Assembly: GCA_965213685.1 (NCBI GenBank)
Contig: CBDBZY010000031.1
Span: forward strand, 32,001 to 96,000
Length of the DNA: 64,000 nucleotides
From: a bacterium
GTDB lineage: Bacteria; UBA8248
Direction of reading: 5' to 3'
Under the pieces are notes generated by a model, which saw nothing but the letters and a program-made list of their open reading frames with translations, did no database searches and was not told the origin of the DNA. Below are positions 61,310 through 64,000 of this stretch, piece after piece (the stretch's first letter is position 1; every line of letters begins with the position of its first letter). Made by a program: the position numbers and the translations under genes.

Positions 61310-62559
61310 ACGCCGGCGCGTCGAGGGGGGCCTGCATCGTCCTGCACTACAACGAGATTGGCCTCAAGGGGAAGAATCGCCCGCTCTTCATCGAACGCCT
61401 CGCCGACAGGGTCGGGCGCGCAGCCTCCCTGTTTTGCGAGGCGCGCGTCCAGAAACGCACCGGAAGGCTGGTTCTGGAGACGGCCGACCTCCAGTATCCC
61501 GCCGCCCTGATCGACGCGCTCCGCAAGGTATTCGGCCTGGCCTATTTCGCCCGGGCGCGGAGAATTCCGCTCGATCCGGACGCGGCGGCCAGGACGGCGC
61601 TGGAGATGATCTCCCCCCTGAAAATCGGGAGTTTCCGGGTGCGCACCCGAAAATCGTTTCCCTCCACGCCCATCAGCGCGCGGGAGTGGGACAGGGCCAT
61701 CGGCGCCAGGATTCAGGCCAGAAGGCATTTGCCGGTGGATCTGGAGCGGCCCGGGCTCACGGTGCACGTCGAGGCCATCCCCCGGGAAGCCTGGGTGTAT
61801 GTGGAGAAGATACCGGGGCCGGGCGGTCTGCCCGTCGGCTCGGTCGGCAAAGTGGTCGCGCTGCTCTCGGGCGGCATCGACTCCCCCCTCGCCGCCTGGC
61901 GCATCATGAAGCGCGGCTGCGAGGCGGCCTTCGTCCACTTTCACGGCGCCCCCTACCTCAGCCGCGCGTCCGCCGAGAAGGCGCAGGATCTCGCCCGGGT
62001 GCTCAACCGCTACCAGTGGGGCAGCAGGCTCTACATGGTCCCGTTCGGAGACCTGCAAAAGGAGGTCGTCCTCGCCACGCGGCCCGAATACCGCGTCGTC
62101 CTCTACCGCCGGTTCATGGCGCGCATCGCCGAGCGGATAGCCGAACGCGAGAACGCCCGCGCCCTGGTCACCGGGGAGAGCCTGGGCCAGGTGGCGAGCC
62201 AGACGCTTCAGAACCTGGTCGCCATCGAGGATGCGGTGCGCCTCCCGATGCTGCGGCCCCTCATCGGCATGGACAAGGAGGAGATCATCGAACAGGCCAG
62301 GCGCATCGACACGTTCGACATCTCCATCGAGCCCGACCAGGACTGCTGCTCGTTGTTCGTGCCCAAGCACCCGGCGATACGCTCCCACGCGGGGCACCTG
62401 CGCGGGCTCGAATCACGCATGGACGTTGACGGGATGATCGAAAGGGCACTCGGTGCGACAGACGTCATCGAACTGGACCCGGAGGGGCGGACGCGAAAAG
62501 CCCCCCTCGTCCGCATCCGTTCCGCCGCCGGGGAGGCGCCCGTCCCGCGGGAGGCGTGA
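61306..62559 (+). CDS. thiI: tRNA 4-thiouridine synthase ThiI
   Basis: YNEIGLKGKNR, THUMP domain, LSGGIDSP, TGESLGQVASQTL, DCC. Confidence 0.93.
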   Translation: MNAGASRGACIVLHYNEIGLKGKNRPLFIERLADRVGRAASLFCEARVQKRTGRLVLETADLQYPAALIDALRKVFGLAYFARARRIPLDPDAAARTALEMISPLKIGSFRVRTRKSFPSTPISAREWDRAIGARIQARRHLPVDLERPGLTVHVEAIPREAWVYVEKIPGPGGLPVGSVGKVVALLSGGIDSPLAAWRIMKRGCEAAFVHFHGAPYLSRASAEKAQDLARVLNRYQWGSRLYMVPFGDLQKEVVLATRPEYRVVLYRRFMARIAERIAERENARALVTGESLGQVASQTLQNLVAIEDAVRLPMLRPLIGMDKEEIIEQARRIDTFDISIEPDQDCCSLFVPKHPAIRSHAGHLRGLESRMDVDGMIERALGATDVIELDPEGRTRKAPLVRIRSAAGEAPVPREA

Positions 62560-62572
62560 GGGTGCGGGCTCG

Positions 62573-62980
62573 TCATTCGGCGTCCCCGCCTTCCGCCTCC
62601 ATCGCCGCCGCCAGGTCCCTCTGCTCCACGAAATGCGTATCCGGGTGCAGATAGCCCGCAAAGTTGTCCCGTCGTATCGGCCCGCAGGCCTCGAAGGCCA
62701 CCGTGTCCTCCAGGTAATCCGCCTGGTGCTCGGTGTGCGGCGGCACATACCAGACGTCGCCCGGCTTCAGCACCGCCACGGGGTCGTCTCCCGCCTGCAC
62801 GCGGGCCGACCCGCTGATGAGACAGAAAATCTGCTCCGCCTCGTGGTGGTGTCTCCGCGTGGACTTCCCGCCCTTCGCGTGAATGTAGCTGATCATGCAG
62901 TGCTTCCCGCTCACGAGCCCCACCTTCACCCCCGAAAATGGCACCTTCTCGGGCAGCTCGTCCCAATTCGTCACCGGCAT
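62573..62980 (-). CDS. cupin domain protein
   Basis: HHHEAEQ, GDVWYVPPHTEH. Confidence 0.85.
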   Translation of the reverse strand: MPVTNWDELPEKVPFSGVKVGLVSGKHCMISYIHAKGGKSTRRHHHEAEQIFCLISGSARVQAGDDPVAVLKPGDVWYVPPHTEHQADYLEDTVAFEACGPIRRDNFAGYLHPDTHFVEQRDLAAAMEAEGGDAE

Positions 62981-63131
62981 ATTTTCCCCTCCTCCTTATC
63001 GCTTATCGCTCGGCGGAAGCGCAGCCTTCCCCGACCCCGCCGCCCGAACCCTGTCGCGCAAAACGCCGCCCGGAACCTGCCGCATCGCGGCCGCCGCCAA
63101 CCGCAGACTTCGCGGCGGCCCCCTCCCTTCC

Positions 63132-64000
63132 CTAGCGCGAAGGGATTGACGCGTCCTTCCCGACCTGCAATCGCCGGAAGGCGTCCGCCGGCAAAGGCGC
63201 GCCGCAGGCCGCGTTCTGCGTGGACTGCCCGGGCGTCCGTATGCCCGGAATCACGCAGCTGACGTTCTCGTTGGAGACGCAGAACCGAATGGCCGTCTCG
63301 GCCGCCGATACGCCCAGGTTCTCCGCCACCTCGCGGACGCGGCGGAGCTGGGCCTGGAACTTCCGGATGTTCTCCGGGGACAATATGTTCTTTCTGCGAT
63401 CTCCGGCGGCGAACTCGAACGTCTCGTCGATGCGCCCGGAGAGGAACCCCCGCTTCAGCGGGACGCGCGATATCACGCCCACATCCGCCGCTTTCGCCCG
63501 CGCGAAGGCGGGCGCCGCCTCCTGGCTGATGACGTTGTACTCCATCTGCAGGGTGGCCGGCCTGTTCTGCTCCACCGCCAGGTCGCATTCCGCCACCGTG
63601 TTCACGGAGACGCCCCAGTGCCTGATCTTTCCCGCATCCCGGGCTTTCTCCAGCAGGGCGTAGCTGTCCTCGGCCGCCATGTTGTCGACGTTGGGGTTGT
63701 GCAGCTGGTAGTAGTCGATGGCGTCGACCCCGAGGCGCTTGAGGCTCCCCTCCAGGCAGCCGCCGATGTAGTCCGGGGCGAAATTGCGCCGCCCCGTCGT
63801 CATGTCGTTTCCCCCCCTTCGTGAAAACCAGTATCTCCCCTCGGTCGGAGCGCTCGGCGAGAAACTTGCCGATGACGGTCTCGCTGTGGCCCGCCCCGTA
63901 GGCGTCCGAGGTGTCGATGAAGTTCATGCCGGCGTCGACTGCGGCGTGCAGCGCGCGGTTGCTCTCCGCATCATCCACCGGGCCGAACACGCCCCCGATG
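63132..64000 (-). CDS. aldo/keto reductase (5' end beyond window; apparent +1 G frameshift at 63811-63817)
   Basis: FIDTSDAYG, SE...G, SLKRLGVDAIDYYQLHNP, GKIRHWGVS; removing one G gives TKGGNDM. Confidence 0.88.

Overview
GC-rich bacterial chromosomal segment, mostly housekeeping and central metabolism: gltBD, metF, Prx-SOD, divergent tRNA-Thr(CGT)/tRNA-Lys(TTT), fumC, acnA, rlmN, nth, folD-xseAB-ispA-dxs-tlyA, cysE-iscS-iscU, greA, hydantoinase/oxoprolinase A/B, maf, ispB and thiI. The strongest hidden signal is an AhpD/CMD-family selenoprotein (13403-14074). The ORF track splits it in two at an in-frame TGA in a C-E-Y-U motif, and a SECIS-like hairpin follows directly. It sits in an uncharacterised cluster with a second CMD protein, a duplicated alpha/beta-barrel protein, four MaoC dehydratases, an ADP-forming acyl-CoA synthetase and an SDR. 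Between fumC and acnA lies a lower-GC DNA methyltransferase-endonuclease gene with an in-frame G20 tract and an apparent microhomology deletion. There is also a cytoplasmic ferredoxin-molybdoenzyme fusion with a His-rich membrane partner. Six genes carry single-base frameshifts that can each be fixed by removing one G, most likely assembly error. No integrase, transposase, rRNA or CRISPR array was seen. Taxonomy cannot be fixed from the sequence alone.
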